Assembly (NCBI GenBank): GCA_964270895.1
Contig: OZ185438.1
Strand: one strand, 5' to 3'
DNA from: Podarcis filfolensis
Taxonomy: Eukaryota
DNA length: 64,000 nt
Below are positions 11,390 through 25,102 of this stretch, one piece after another. Below the pieces are notes generated by a model, which was not told the origin of the DNA, searched no databases, and worked only from the letters and a program-made list of their open reading frames with translations. Numbering within the stretch: the first letter of the stretch is position 1; the number at the start of each line of letters is the position of its first letter. Both the position numbers and the translations under genes were made by a program.

Positions 11390-11830
11390 AAAGTTTGGCA
11401 GTAGCTGAGTGTCTGGAGCCCAGGATCTGAAGCGCTCCATCTGAAAATGGGATAGAGTGTCAGCGACATCATTAGAGGATCCCGTAATCAGGAGAGCAGA
11501 AAGCACAATATTAAACCTTAAGCGGCGCAGCTCGAAGTGTGAGCGGAGGGGCGGAGACTCTGCTGGAGCGTGAGGACTGTTTTGCCAAGACGCTCACCAC
11601 TGCCTGGTTATCAGACCAAAAGCAGATCCGATGGTCACTTAACTCCTCGGGCCACATGTGAACTGCTACTACAATGGGGAAAAACTCAAGAAAAGTTAGG
11701 TCACATAATTGCTTCACCACACTGGGCTTGAGACCATGGCTTTGCACACCAGCAGCCCCTGAAAGAATGAATGAATGAATAAATAAATAAATAAAAAACC
11801 AAAGGGCAAAGATCCAGCAGCATCTGCCTT
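11390..11830 (-). pseudogene. DIRS/Ngaro RNase H remnant
   Basis: DAAGSLPFG..FQG, LTFLEFFPIVVAVHMW, FWSDNQAVV and NDVADTLSHFQ match the DIRS-type RNase HI pattern. Confidence 0.88.
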
Positions 11831-13080
11831 CACCTCACTTGGTAAGCGTACATGAAGGTAAGGGGACCTCAGGCTGCAGGCAGCCTGGCCTAGCGGGAAT
11901 GGAAGGGGCGGCCTGGGGCAACACTCTGCATGCAAGATTAATTAAGTGACCCAGCAAGATTGGATCTGATGACACATCACTTGCTTCAGAGGAAGTATTA
12001 CAAAATAACTTCCTTCAAGGCAGACAGCTTTTCCATAGGCAAGTGGTATGTTTTAGGAATGATATCCATCTGGATCCCTAAATAAATGTGATTGGCTTGC
12101 CCTGCCAGGCTCAAGGCCGGTGTACATGATGATGATGAGACCCCGGGCGATGAGACAACCTGGCCAAGCAGGAATGGAAGGGGCAGCCTGGGGCAACCAC
12201 CCTGCATGCAAAATATAACTGACCTAGCAAATGAAAGGATCTGACAAAGCAACACTTGCTTCAGAGGAAGTATAACAAGAATAACTTCCTTCAAGGCAAA
12301 CAGCTTCACCACAGCAAGCAGATGTTTGAGCAACAATATCAAGCTAACCCCCAAATACATTAAAAGGGGCAGTAGGACCTACTGTCCCCTATCCACTGCC
12401 AACAGAACACCCAGCTCCCAGAGGGAACAAAGGGTGTCCAGAAAGCCTACGAAAAGGCTGGTGTCACATGAACCAGCCAGTAAAATAATCCAAATTAATG
12501 AGTCTTGACTCACACTGTTCAATCCAGAAAGGCGCTAAAGGACTTGAGTGCTGCACAGTATATTGCGCAACCCATCGGCATCGCCTTATCAATAATAAGG
12601 GCTCCATCCAAATTAAAGCCCAACCACTTAAAATCTCGAGGGTGAACCGGCAGCAGCCTAACAGCCGAATGAATATCGCATATTGCCAACAGGGCAGCTC
12701 TTCCAATTTGTTGGTAAGCTCAACCACCTGATCCAGAGACGCGTATTTCACGAAACAATTCTGGAAGGATAGCGTCATTCGCTGAGGTGCCTTTGGGCTG
12801 CGATAAATGAGGATCAGATGGAATTATATGGGGCTTTCTTAGGGACAATCCCCGATGGGGATAAATGAAGATCAGGAATAGAAGGAGGATCAAAGGGGAT
12901 CCCACCATACGTCTCAATGCAAGCTGCTTCCGAACCTTCTTTCAGGCTACCTCAGGTAGCTCTCTAACTGACTTTTGATTTGCTGTATTCCGAGACACTG
13001 GCTGAAGAGCCAGAGGAATCCCAAACCTTGAGAAAACCCTTGCAATCCCAGCAAGCTGTGGGAATGATGGCAGCCCTGCG
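11810..13080 (-). pseudogene. DIRS/Ngaro reverse transcriptase remnant
   Basis: Fragments NQKSVRELPEVA.KKVRKQ, PSDPHLSQPKGTSAND, VKYASLDQVVEL and YLGIQMD...LPMEKL resemble DIRS-order RT motifs. Confidence 0.82.
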
Positions 13081-13089
13081 TCTAACATT

Positions 13090-13316
13090 CTAAAATACAG
13101 TAAGGCATCAGACATTAAAAGCTTCCCTAAACAAGGCTGCCTTCAAATGTCTTCCAGAAGTCTGGTAGTTGACATCTGGTGGAGGGTGTTTCACAGGACG
13201 GGTGCCACCACCGAGAAGGCCCTCTGCCTGGCACCCTGCAACTTTGCTTCTCGCAGTGAGGTAACCACCAGAAGGCCCTCCGTGCTGGACCTCAGTGTCC
13301 AGGTAGAACGATGGGG
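13090..13316 (-). mobile_element. L2 fragment inserted upstream of the Ngaro RT
   Basis: Colinear with 3700-3930. Confidence 0.85.
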
Positions 13317-14060
13317 GAGCATGCAGCAGTCCCTTACAGGGACCAATCCTGCAACCTAGACATTACCAGCACCACGTGCTGACCAGCTGAGCTATCCAGG
13401 ATGATACTTAAATACCTGGAACAGCCTCACCCTGACCCCCGTAGAGGTCCAAGGTTATGTATGAATCATCATCAGAGCCCAGGGATGATGCACCTGCGCA
13501 AGTTGTCCGCATGTCCCCATCCCTGCGAGGAAGTGTAAGCATCATCCCTGCTCCTCTTTGCCCTCCTCCTGGATTGCCGCCTCCGAAGAGCTTCCTTCTG
13601 GAAGAAGGCACCTGGGGCACCAGCATGTCATCCGCTGCAGGAGAGGCAAGCTCTGGAGGCATCTGCAAAGGCCCTGCCATAGTCTGCAAAAAACTAAACA
13701 ATGTGAGGAACCGGTGAAACCAATGCTTCGTGCACCACTTGGGGACGCTATTCAGGCCAGAATCGCTGCCCGAGGCCATTGAATTCTAGGGCAAAGCGAG
13801 CAAAGCCTTAGGATCACCTGCTAGGCCTGACATAAATAATTCCAATGAAATAACAAACTCGAGGCAGCCCACCGCCTGACCAGGTACCCCTGCTTGCCCT
13901 TTTAGAGGGAAGCACCTCCTCAAGAAACCCAATTTTATTTTCATTTCCTTTCTTTTTTTGGGGGGGGGGGAGTGATGAAATCACAAATGGGCCCAACTAC
14001 CCAGCAACAGAATAGTCCAAAAGGAGCAGTTTGTTTTGTTTTGTTATAACAAGGGCTAAG

Positions 14061-14120
14061 AGGGGGATATGAACCCTGTCTCCCAGGACCTAGTCCTGCA
14101 CTCTAGCCACTAAGCCACAA
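14061..14120 (-). mobile_element. tRNA-derived SINE head fragment
   Basis: TGGCTTAGTGG A-box and GGTTCATATCC B-box on the minus strand. Confidence 0.55.
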
Positions 14121-16869
14121 TTCCTCTCTAACATGGTGGTAGCCACTATCAGGGCAAAACAAACTTGAAGAAAATACACTTGTTCAGAAACAGCATAGTT
14201 AAAGAGCATACACAGAGTGCTCATAGTCATTGGAGGCACAGAGACCCTGGCTCCACTCTGTCTGCCCCAAATATGCAATAGCAACTGAGCCTGCAAGCAA
14301 AAGATACATTCTTAGAGAGGGAATGAGTCACATGTCACAGAGACTTCACAATTTACTGCTACCTGTAGCAGGCTTGGCCTGAATGTAGGTCTCACTGCTT
14401 CTGCTCTTAAGAATCTTTGACTCATTGCAATATTAAAGGAAGCTCAAAATGGTGCTCCTGCCCAAGGCTAGATTAAAATTCGGCCAACAGCACTGCACAC
14501 ACCCAAAATAAAGCCACCTTTGGGGATACTAAAACGAAAGTGATTCCAGCTAAGCTGGGAACAGCCTGACTAGCCCCACAATTAACAAACAGGCAAAATG
14601 AGGGAAACCTTTTTGCAAAAGAAAGCCCCTAATGGGGGCTCCCTCCCTATTGGGAAAGGCAAGCCCAGGAGGATGATGCCCAGTTAGCGCTCACAGGTAC
14701 AGGGAGAATCTTCCCACAGGGCAGGGTAAGGGGTGGGGTGGGAAATCAAAGGGGAAAAGGGGGGAATTAAATTATTTAAGGGACTAGAGAGGATTAAAAA
14801 GAAGGGGGAAATAAAGAAAATGTAACCAGACAATGAGAAGATCACTCCACGGTCCAGGTGCTCCTGGTGACCTGAAGCACGCAGCGAAAGAGGACGTCCA
14901 TTGCTGCGTGCCTTGTATTTAACAAATAGGGCTGTCAATCAGCAAATGACAACATCTAATTTTCCCCAGTAACAGCCCGCCCCTGCTTACGAGTTGGCCA
15001 AACCATTTGCCTAGTAACAGTGAGGTGTCTTGTCAGCCCCGCCCGCAACCTGTGCTCTCCATGAGGGAGAACACGCTTTCTGCATTGCTCTTGCCAGATG
15101 AGACTCTATTTTGCTGGACTGCTTAAGCCCTTGTCCTGTCACATTCAAAGAGAGATTTTCAGCAGCTGTGGTTTTCTGAATTCTTGCATGAAAAGCTGCA
15201 CCTGCCCAAACTTTTATGCTTTCACCTTTATATGAAAAGCAGCTGGGGAAGAAAATGTGTGTTTCCTCCCAAGCATATTGCCTTAGCTTCAGAATACACC
15301 TATATTAGGAGATCAGATATCATGATCACCTGACACTTTATAAAATGGAAATCCAGGCTCAGGGGTCTATGAAATTAATTACAGCATAAGGGGAAGGAGT
15401 AATTAATACTTTTCCCACAGAGCACTTTTGCTATCAAAATCACACCCCCCCCGGTTGCTTTTGTACTCATATTGTTTGCTTGCATCCTTGTGTGTCTGCA
15501 TTTCCATTTTCCAGAAGACTGATAACAAAAAAAAGAAGATAATGGACCTCCAGTTTTCCTATATGCTTGAGAGAAGGGACTTCCAGTGTAGCCTTCTTTC
15601 TAAGAGGCTATTTTTCTATGTACAGTGATTTTGTTTCTTCATCCAGGTATTTGATCATTTGAACTGCACCCACCGTCCACAGTGATACAGACCGGGCTCA
15701 ATGACATGCCAGTGACAAAAACCCCTCAGTTTGGCTTTATGTGAGGAAGTACAAGACAAGTGAGTGAACTTTCTCTTCTTGTCTCCATTCTTCTGCATAA
15801 TAAACAAAATGGTTTGTGTATGTGTGCTGCACAATGCCGGATTATTTTTTATAATGATTTAGATATTGAGTATCCACCTGGGGAAGATGCAAACACACTT
15901 CCTTTTCACATTTCTCCAGGTGTACAAGTGGAAAGTAAAAGTCCACTCAGGCTTTCCATTTCCTCCCTTGCCTGGCTTTCAAATGTCCAAAGCCCTGGTT
16001 AAAATGGTAGAAGGCAAAGCACAGTGCTGGATTTGTGTGTGTTCCTGCTCTCCTTTCCTTTTAGACGTGGGGATAGGGGGCTCTTTGGAAGATTCAATAA
16101 AGGTAACTGTTTGCTTTTGCTTTGAAGTGAACTCCCCATCTGAATTGCTTACTAGAGAGAAATCCCCACTGAGCAATGTGGCACTCACTGTATTTCAAAA
16201 TAAACATGCCCTGTAGTGTACAGGTGGAGCTGCTGTTTTCACCCTGCCACCTAATATATGTGATGTAGTAGATTAATTATCAGTCCTTTTAATAGCTGAA
16301 TCAGGAGGTGATTGCTGACAGCACTGAAGCCACAGCCTGAGAAACAGCAGGATGACATGCCTGGGGGGAGCCTGGAAGTTTGCAGTGCAAAAAAAAGTTT
16401 TTAAAACACCTGAGCTGATCCTCCCTCCTCCACCATCCCAAGGAGGTCTGCGTATGCCCAATGGTCACTGTTCTTGGGTAACAGTTGGGGGGCAGGACAG
16501 GACATTGGGAATGAGGAGTGGGGTGCCCTACTTGGAGAAAATGGCTGGCTGGAAATCCTTTTATGAGAAAGGGTACGCTAGAACATGTTGTTATTGATCC
16601 TACTTGTTTATACCCTGTTTCTGAGCATGGCAGTGTTTTTATGTGGCTAAATACAGAAACAGGGTCAGGACAGGAAGCAGATGAAACCCAGTTGAGACAT
16701 CTGCCTTTGTAACCAACCCACAAACAAACAGATGACCAGGAATTATTAGGCAAGCATCGATATGTGGAAGGTTAGATTGGGCTTAAGACTTATTGTCCTG
16801 AGGCAATAGGTGGGAGCTCTGGGTAGCTTGGAATGCTCTCCTCACCTGATTGTTCTCGGTGTCAAACTA

Positions 16870-17035
16870 CGCATTAGAAAAGTGATAGCATATACTGAGT
16901 CCATGTAGCTTCGTATTGTCTGCTCTGACTGGCCAAGGCACAGGCATTTCCGGTCTAGCCTAAAGATGCTGAAGATTGAACATGGGACATTCTGCCAGCA
17001 AAGTAGATGCTCTCCCAATGAGCTACGGCCCTCCC
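16870..17035 (-). mobile_element. tRNA-headed SINE fragment; a related copy lies at about 47420-47720
   Basis: gattgaacatgggacattctg...gctctcccaatgagctacggccc is a reverse-strand tRNA-like head. Confidence 0.5.
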
Positions 17036-17886
17036 CAGTGTAGGTGTATCAGAGTGAGGATGGTGAAGGAGAGGGGGAAATATCTCCATTATTTCCCACC
17101 ATGGAGAATATCAAATGCTACCACTTGTGTGGACTAATCTTAAATATCTTATCTCCATTTCTTGCTGTGTGTAATGTTCTTTCTCAAATGTGACTGATTC
17201 AGAGGTTATTCAGACAGTGAATATTCTCCAAAAATCATTTCTGTAGACATAAAATATTGTGCTTCATAGCAGAGCAGGCATTTATCAGCTGCTGGGTAGA
17301 ACTGGATTTTGAATGCTACCGAAGAGCTTGTACTTTTATTGATTACTGTGCTGTAATCAAATAATTTTCTAGTGGCAAATGGCTCCAAAACCCATCCTCT
17401 TTGTTTCAAAAAGCAATTATCCATAAAGATGTTCATTGCTTTGTACACTCCTCCAAGAATGCTATTTCTTACATAATAGAATTCTTTTTTTTCAAAGCAG
17501 CTAGCTGCAATTTTTTTTAATGGTTTGGGCTTTGTCGGCACATCAGACATATTTTACATGTTGGCCTGTCTGAGATGCAAGAAGCCACCTTAAATCAATA
17601 CTTCTTTAACGAGAGTTTGAAATTAGAGTTCTTGTCGTTGTGGAATAACTGCAGGAGTCTTCTTGACGGTGATTGAATGTGGTCCAGGTGTGCTAATAGC
17701 AAAGGGAAAGATACACAAGGGGCATTTTCTCAAAGTATGCCTTTACCTTAATAGCAGATAAGGTATTTAGGTACCCATCGGGTGCACATTTGCAGCTGAA
17801 TAGGCTGCAAGTAGAGCAACACATGAATGTGTCCCTTTCGGTGGTGCAATCATTATGTGTATCACTATATATCATGATGCCCATGG

Positions 17887-18476
17887 CATACCTTCAATAT
17901 TTTCCAAGGACAGCCCCAGAATTATGAAACCCATCCTGGCTTCTGATTTGATCCTGGAATGTTCCTATTCTCCCTCCCAGCACTGTCACCACCAAGCTCA
18001 GGAAGGAGGAGAGGCCAGCGCTCGTCCTGAGCGACCGCAGTGGCTGCAGTGGCAGCTGTGAGGGAGCATCCTGTTGCCTCTCCATGGCCTCTCCATGGCC
18101 GCTGCTGCCGTCCTCCCCCCTTGGGCATCTCTTAGTGGCTGCTGGAAGAAAGACTGCTACCTCCAAAGCTCAACCTTGCGTGATGCAAGAGCCATGAGGT
18201 GCAGGCAGAGGGCAGAGCGAAAGTGGGAGCAGAGTGGAGGGCAAGGAGTACTGATAGATGGATAGCTGCCCCTTTCTAAAATTTATTTATTGGTGTGTGT
18301 TTTCCTTTTTGTAAATTTACCAAAGAATAAAATAATAAAATAAAATAAAAATATGGATTAAGGGGTTTTCTAAGGATGGTGAAGGGTGTGCGCGCGCTGT
18401 GTCCTGGGGTGTGTGTTGAGGAGGGTCAGTTGGGGTGTGTGTTCCTATTTGCATCTGAGGAATGTTGGAGGGTATG
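17887..18476. mobile_element. TIR element (non-autonomous DNA transposon)
   Basis: CATACCTTCAATAT / ATGTTGGAGGGTATG termini, both flanked by CCATGG. Confidence 0.6.
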
Positions 18477-21400
18477 CCATGGTTGTGTACAAACAGTGTT
18501 TCTTTGACACACGGAAGAAATGCAGTGCATGGTATTTAGCACACAAGTCAGCTCCCTGATAATCAAAGCTTTTGGTTCCAACCCCCTCAAGTTTCTAGCT
18601 CCCATGCAAATGATGTGTTAATCATAATAAAAACAATTGATCATTTTCCACATATGTTCTAAGGTGCTGTAGAAAGTATAATGAGCAGTTTAAAAACAGT
18701 AAAAAAGAACAAAAAATAAAAGTAGATGAACTTTAAAACAACACAAAGTGGACATCCATGGCAGAGACCTATGTACCCCTCTGGAAATGTTTGTCAGAAC
18801 AGACTTTTTCTGGAAAGTGCTGATAGAACATTCACAACATATTTCAAGAGGAATGGTGTTCCACAGAATAGAGTCATGCACACTGAGAGCCCTGCTCTGA
18901 ATAGATGTGGACGATACCTGCTGGAATCTCAGAAGTCAAAATGGGTGGCTAAATAAAACTTCGTGTTTTAGGCTTGCTACTGTTTGCAGGAAATAGTTTG
19001 TTGAGGCATGATCGCACAGCGCTATGGCCAACATACCCAGACCCCAATTGCTTATTTCCTGGTTCAGCAAGCTTTTGGTTTGTAGCATCAGTCAGACAAA
19101 TAAATTAGGCCATCTGTTAATTGATTATGTCTGGTTCAGTGTCAGGCCACTGGCAGAAGAAACAATTAGCCTCTCCCTTCAGGCCTCTTTTGTTATTAGG
19201 TTTTAATTAATCTTTGTTCCTAGAAAATATAATTGTGTAATGAGAGCTTTTATATGGAGAATTCGTTGAATTTGCCTTTCAGATGGTTTCTCTCTTAGTG
19301 ATTGTGCTTCAAGTTTCTTCAAGGCTTTGTTTAGAAAAGAATCATTCCATTTGAATAATGTCCCCTCCACTGTTTACAATGCTTGCACTACTTTTAACCA
19401 CACAATATTGCCATGAGATAACAATGATTTTATCACATAATCAGCATAACTTCACTGCAAAATATTGTTGTCATGGAAATTTCATGGTGAAGAGAATAAA
19501 ACCTCTGAATTTAAATCTGAGAAAATGGGAATTTGGAATTTGGAGCATAATGTTAAGATGTGTTCAGATTCTAAGGATAGAATTCACGTGGGCTGCTCTG
19601 GGAGTGCATGGGGTACAAAAGGAGAGCAATCCACATTGCGCAAGCGAACGTCCTTGCGCAAGACTTCAGCTGACGGAGCTGTTTAGGGTAATCCTGCCCT
19701 AAATGTGGAAGTGTATATTTATTTATCTGCAATGAGATGCAACAGAATTTGTTGCCTGGATGTCCACCAGATCATAAAGATGCCCCTGTCTCCCGAGCCC
19801 TTCCTTCTGAGGAAATTGAACCCAGGGTAAGGCCCTGGAACCACTAGAATCTCGCACCGCTCAGAGACTGGGGTGGCAGGCAGCAAGCCAAAGCCATCGT
19901 CACCTTTTCTTATTTTGCACCAGTGTGTCTTTGCTGACTGGGTGTTCAGCTGAATCTAGTCTCCCTCCACACAATTTACTTTACTTACAAGCAGGCCAAA
20001 ATTCCTTAATGTCTTACATACATTATAGCTAATCAGCATATTTTCTTTCCTGGCTTTTGAAAAATTCATACTTTAATTCAAATGCAATATCAGGCTGAGC
20101 TGAAAATCATGGTTGGTTATTACTTTCATTGTTCTCTTAGGTAAGCACATGCACTATAGGAAAAAACCCAAATCAGTGAATTAGCCTAGCATTTTGAGGA
20201 CAACGTGAACTTACTAGGTCAGTGTGGCAGAGCGCCAGTGTCTGTTACAAGCTTACAGTGCTTTAGGTAAGTAGATTTCTTTAATGCAACCAAGCATAAT
20301 CTTTCTAGCAATTTTATTATCATTATTCTTAAAGCCTTTAAAACTCTAGTGCTGCTAAATTTAACAATGCAGGATTAATAACAAACACACTCAGCAGCTG
20401 AGGAAACCATTTTCTCCCCGTGTATGAATTTGAGGACAAAACTATCTCAGTTTGTTATTCCTGTGTTAAATTGAAATATAATAAGACTGCAATTCTCTAT
20501 CCATGTTGTTATTCTGAGTGTGGAGTTCTGAACATACTCACCTGAAAATAAGCTCAATAGAAGTCAATAGTACTTACTTTTATGTGTCTGTGAGTTTGGC
20601 ACTCAGAAGTCTGCATTGTATCTTAACGTAGTGCATATTTTAATAGGATTAGAAGTGCTGGCATCTCTTTTGAATGTGTGGAGCTGAATCATGATTATAC
20701 CTGTTGTTCTGACCTATGAACGACTTAGGTGTATCTTGGCATTCTGTGTATCTTGGCAGAGTTTGGTTTGTGCATGACACTTCTCCCCATATACACATCC
20801 ATAAATGACTGTAAGCAGACAAACAGAATGAATATGTGTATATATGTATAACCTTTGAAGAAGTGGACCAGCTCTGGGAAGCTCTGAGAGGTCTCCATGT
20901 TAAGCTGTCTACACCTTAGCTGCTTAAAACTCAACAAGGTCCTCCCTCCCCCAACTGCTTGCAAATCATATTTGCATACAGAGAGGTGACATGGATGTCT
21001 TCATCTGTGTGCGTGACCTGTTTTGCTTCCCTGCTCTTGCAGCCCCCTCTCTCCAGAACTCCTATTCACAAAACTGTCATCTGAGCATGTGGGATGGCTT
21101 TCTCAAATGTACACATCGGACTTAAGTACAAAGTACCGTAAATGTGACTTAATTTTTCTAGCCAGATTGAAGCGGGTTTGAGGAAAAATGCACCAAACAG
21201 CAGTATTTATGAAGAAACCACTGGATTGATATGGATTGCGGTTAATGTTGTATGTATGCAGTTTCCAAAATTAACACTGGTAGTGCACCGGAGTGCAACT
21301 CTACAAAACAAAAATCATCATAGCAGGCAAAGGACTGTTCTGGAACCTTTCTTTCTGATGTGGCAGTTTTCTAAGAGTGAATATTCCAAATTAATAGGCA

Positions 21401-23538
21401 GCACCTGCTATCTGAAACAGTACATTCCTAGAAGCTGTTCTGTAAAACTGTTCTATTTTACATCAGGCTCACTAAGACAATATATGTGCTTTAAATTGTC
21501 TAGAGTGGTATACAAATGCAAAGTGTTGCTAGGTGTGGTTTTTTAAGTTACAAAGGCATTGGATGTAGAGTGAGAATTGACCACGTTGGTTAACTCTCTT
21601 ATAGGAACCTGTTACTGGCGTGGCATTGGGAGGCTACACTAGTTAGGTATCCTATGAATCTAGCAGGCAAGAACAGAGGCAGGGCTGATTGTCTGCAAGC
21701 TACCAGAGTGAATAAGTTTTCATTCTGTAAGTCACCCCATTATATAATATTTTATTCTTCCTCTACAGTGCATTATATATCTTGCACGAAGGCAGTCAGC
21801 TCTTGTGAAATCCATTCCGTGTCTGGATAACTCATGAGAGCTTGATGAAGGTGATATAGCAGTCTCCAGTTTTGCAGTCTTCCCATATGCGTTGAGCTGG
21901 GAAAGGAGAGGCTTTTACCTTAGACAAATATTACAGGGCCTGTTATAAGTATTTTGTGTAATAGATATATCCAACACTAAAGTTATGTTCATTTTAAAAG
22001 CATGCACATATTTCATATGGAATTTGGCTGCAGATCATAAACTAGTAAGACTGACACCCACTTTATTACATCAGCAGAATCCCTCTGGTGAATTACAGCC
22101 CAGTGTGCACTTGGTGAACACTTGTGCTCCTATATTTCAAGACATTAACTATACCATGTGAATAATGGATTATAATACAGTATATCATCTCAGTTTCAGA
22201 GCATACTGTAACTTTGCTAGCAGTCTAGTATGTGCATGGCCCTGTATGACTACTCTAGCAAAAAATGTTACAGATCTGGAGTAACAGTTTGGGGGTGCAA
22301 GGGCACCCATAACTGCTAGTGAATGTTAGAAATTAATAAATGGTAGAATTTAGATAATATTTGGAGTATTGAAGGGAAGATGCCATATGTTCGATTTAAA
22401 CTGCAGGACCTAAGCCAGGAAATCACACTGGGAGAAGGGCCATCAAGGTGTAATTACTGGACAATGGCCAGCCATTATGGGAGACATGATGTCACCCAGG
22501 AAATATGGGTGCTTTTGAAATTAAGAGGTTGCAGAAGAAGGAGGAGAGCCCGATGAGCTGCCAGATGAAGGCTAGAACCATCCTGGTGGGCTGGCTGAAT
22601 GCAGGCTAGGAAAGATGCATGGAGATGCCTGGGATTCCAGTACTGGGCTGCTGTGGAGGACAGGCTCCTCCTGAGGTGGGAATACTGTGAAATCTCTCTC
22701 CACTAAAAGCAACTCATTTCTCCCAAAGGAACATGGACCCTGATTGAGTGCCAAGACCCTTGGAATCTCATGCATCATTTGGCAGAGATTGGGATGGCCA
22801 GTAATGATATAATTATTGTGAACCATAAATAAGAAGGTTGCAGGAGTCAGATTTTGTCACCTGAAGAAAAGTACGTTGTTCAGTAATGAGTCTGAAAACC
22901 TGAGAGACCAGCAAGCCGGCTTCATAGCTGTGTGCATAGCAGGAGCATTGCTTCAATAATGCTCTATCATGAATAATATTGCATGATAATCTGGTGGATT
23001 CTTTATTCCTTTCAAACATAGAGTATCAGGTGGTCCTGTAACAAAAAGTCCCTGATATGTCAGTCCTTAATGTCACCTTCTATTCTGCCTGTTTGCCATA
23101 TCGAGATTGCCTTCGGCATTTTTGTGTTGTATCCCCAAGCATATAAGAGTAAGGATGAAATGAATTTCCTGTCTTGCTTAAGATAATAATAATAATAAAT
23201 CTGTTCCATTTCACCCCCTAAGATGTAGGATGAGCCACCAGGTGAGCCATTTGCCAAGTATGTAAAATTTTCTTCATAAACCATATAAAATAAAACATAT
23301 AGTCTTTTCAGTTCTGACAGATGCAACCTTAGGAAGAATGCTGGGCATCACATCTGAGTTTCCTGAATTTTGAATACTAGATTGTCACACTGAATCATGT
23401 ACTTGTTTCCTTGAAGTGAATAGAGTGTTCAGGACTGTAAATTAATAGGATCTATAGACGAAGATCACAACCAAACTCAATTTCCCCTTCCCCTTCCCTT
23501 TCCTCTGCACTCTAACAACAACCATGGTTTCAGCAATA

Positions 23539-23756
23539 CAGTGGTACCTCAGGTTAAGAACTTAATTCATTCTGGAGGTCCGTTCTCAGCCTGAAACTGT
23601 TCTTAACCTGAGGTACCACTTTAGCTAATGGGGCCTCCCACTGCTGCCGGAGCACGATTTCTGTTCTCATCCTGAAGCAAAGTTCTTAACCCGAGGTACT
23701 ATTTCAGGGATAGCGGAGTCTGTAACCTGAAGCATCTGTAACCCGAGGTACCACTT
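23539..23756 (-). mobile_element. Tc1/mariner MITE family A
   Basis: CAGTGGTACCTC TIR after TA; reverse homolog of 61307-61548. Confidence 0.88.
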
Positions 23757-25012
23757 ATGTTGACTCAAATGCAGGCCTCAAATGCCAGAGCTGCACATAA
23801 ATGCTCAGATACCTATTTATCTCTCTTGGCAGCATTCTTTGCAGCTGTCAACTTGCAAATGCTTTCTGGATGTTTCTGTTATTAACTTGGTTGGTCTGTA
23901 TTTTTTAGCTTGGTGAACTCATTGTCATTGGTTCACATCTTACATTTACTGAAGAATGAAAGGAAGCAATTCAAATGTCAAGGCCAAAATTCAACCCAGA
24001 AAAACAGGTAACATAAAAGAAGAAGCAGTGGTCTTTTTTAAAAAAAATGCTCCTCATCCCCAAGTAACTAAACAACTGCATTCACCCAGGTAAAGTTCAT
24101 TTCATTACCTACTTTATACTAATAAGTATTTATTCTTTATTGTGACCAAATATGGAAAACAAGTTTTATTAACCAAGACCCTTTACAGACAGAATATGGA
24201 ACAGGAAATAATGCAGATGCTGTAAACTAAACTTTGAAAATAAATAAATATTTTTTCCTGAGCTGGAGCTAAGATGACTCCTTTAAGCAAAGCAAAACAC
24301 AACCCCTAAGACAATTCCCTTGACAGTGCATGTCAGTTACTAGCTTGTAAGCAAATCCTTGTTTGTTTCTTCATATTGTATTTTTCCTGCGTGAAGATAT
24401 GGCATCTCTTTCTACTCTCGGTTAACACAAAACTGTTTTTGATTTGCAATATACATCAATATCTGTATCTGATACATTTTACAAGCTGCAGTTAGAGACC
24501 TTCATTAAAACTTTAAAACTTTGTGGGGAACAAAACAACAATGCATTTCCCCCATCGCTCTGGTCATAGCAATTACTGTCCTTTTAAAACAGGCTCAGCA
24601 TCATTAGTGGAGCAGAAGCTGTGAGGCTCTGCTTTGTTTCCTGCAACATTGTTTCCCCTTAGATCACAGCACTCGGATCCACTGCTGTTCTGCGCTGCTT
24701 TGGACAGGCAGGTCAAACTTGAGGGAAAAGTACTGTAATCAGAGCACAAAACTCAGGATACCAGAAGGGTTTGTTGATGTCGTTCAGCTACAATAGATTA
24801 TTGATATTCATTTATTTATTCAGCATATAATATTTAATATTAAAATTTCTGCCATCTAGAAATTAGTTTAAGCTGCTGCATTTATACTACAAATCAATGT
24901 ATGCACATGAAGTATCTGTGTTGGGGAAGTAAAAAAATGGCATCATTTTGAAATCTGGGCAATTTTCCCCAAGCTACAATGATCAAATAATGAATTTGTA
25001 TGTGTGAAACAG

Positions 25013-25100
<88 letters not shown>
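25013..25100. repeat. Compound (GT)n(GA)n microsatellite
   Basis: Read directly. Confidence 0.95.

Positions 25101-25102
<2 letters not shown>

Larger units (their letters stand above)
8960..13080 (-). mobile_element. Decayed Ngaro-type (DIRS order) tyrosine-recombinase retrotransposon; may extend to about 15050
   Basis: Ordered remnants RT - RNase H - YR - SGNH hydrolase on one strand with frameshifts and stops, and a 3' AATAAAGTTGTGGCC end near 9040-9054. Confidence 0.88.

Noticed and set aside
17206-17550. 114-aa ATG-initiated ORF
   Set aside because: No recognisable domain, splice support or codon bias; it is consistent with chance, though a tblastn search would settle it.
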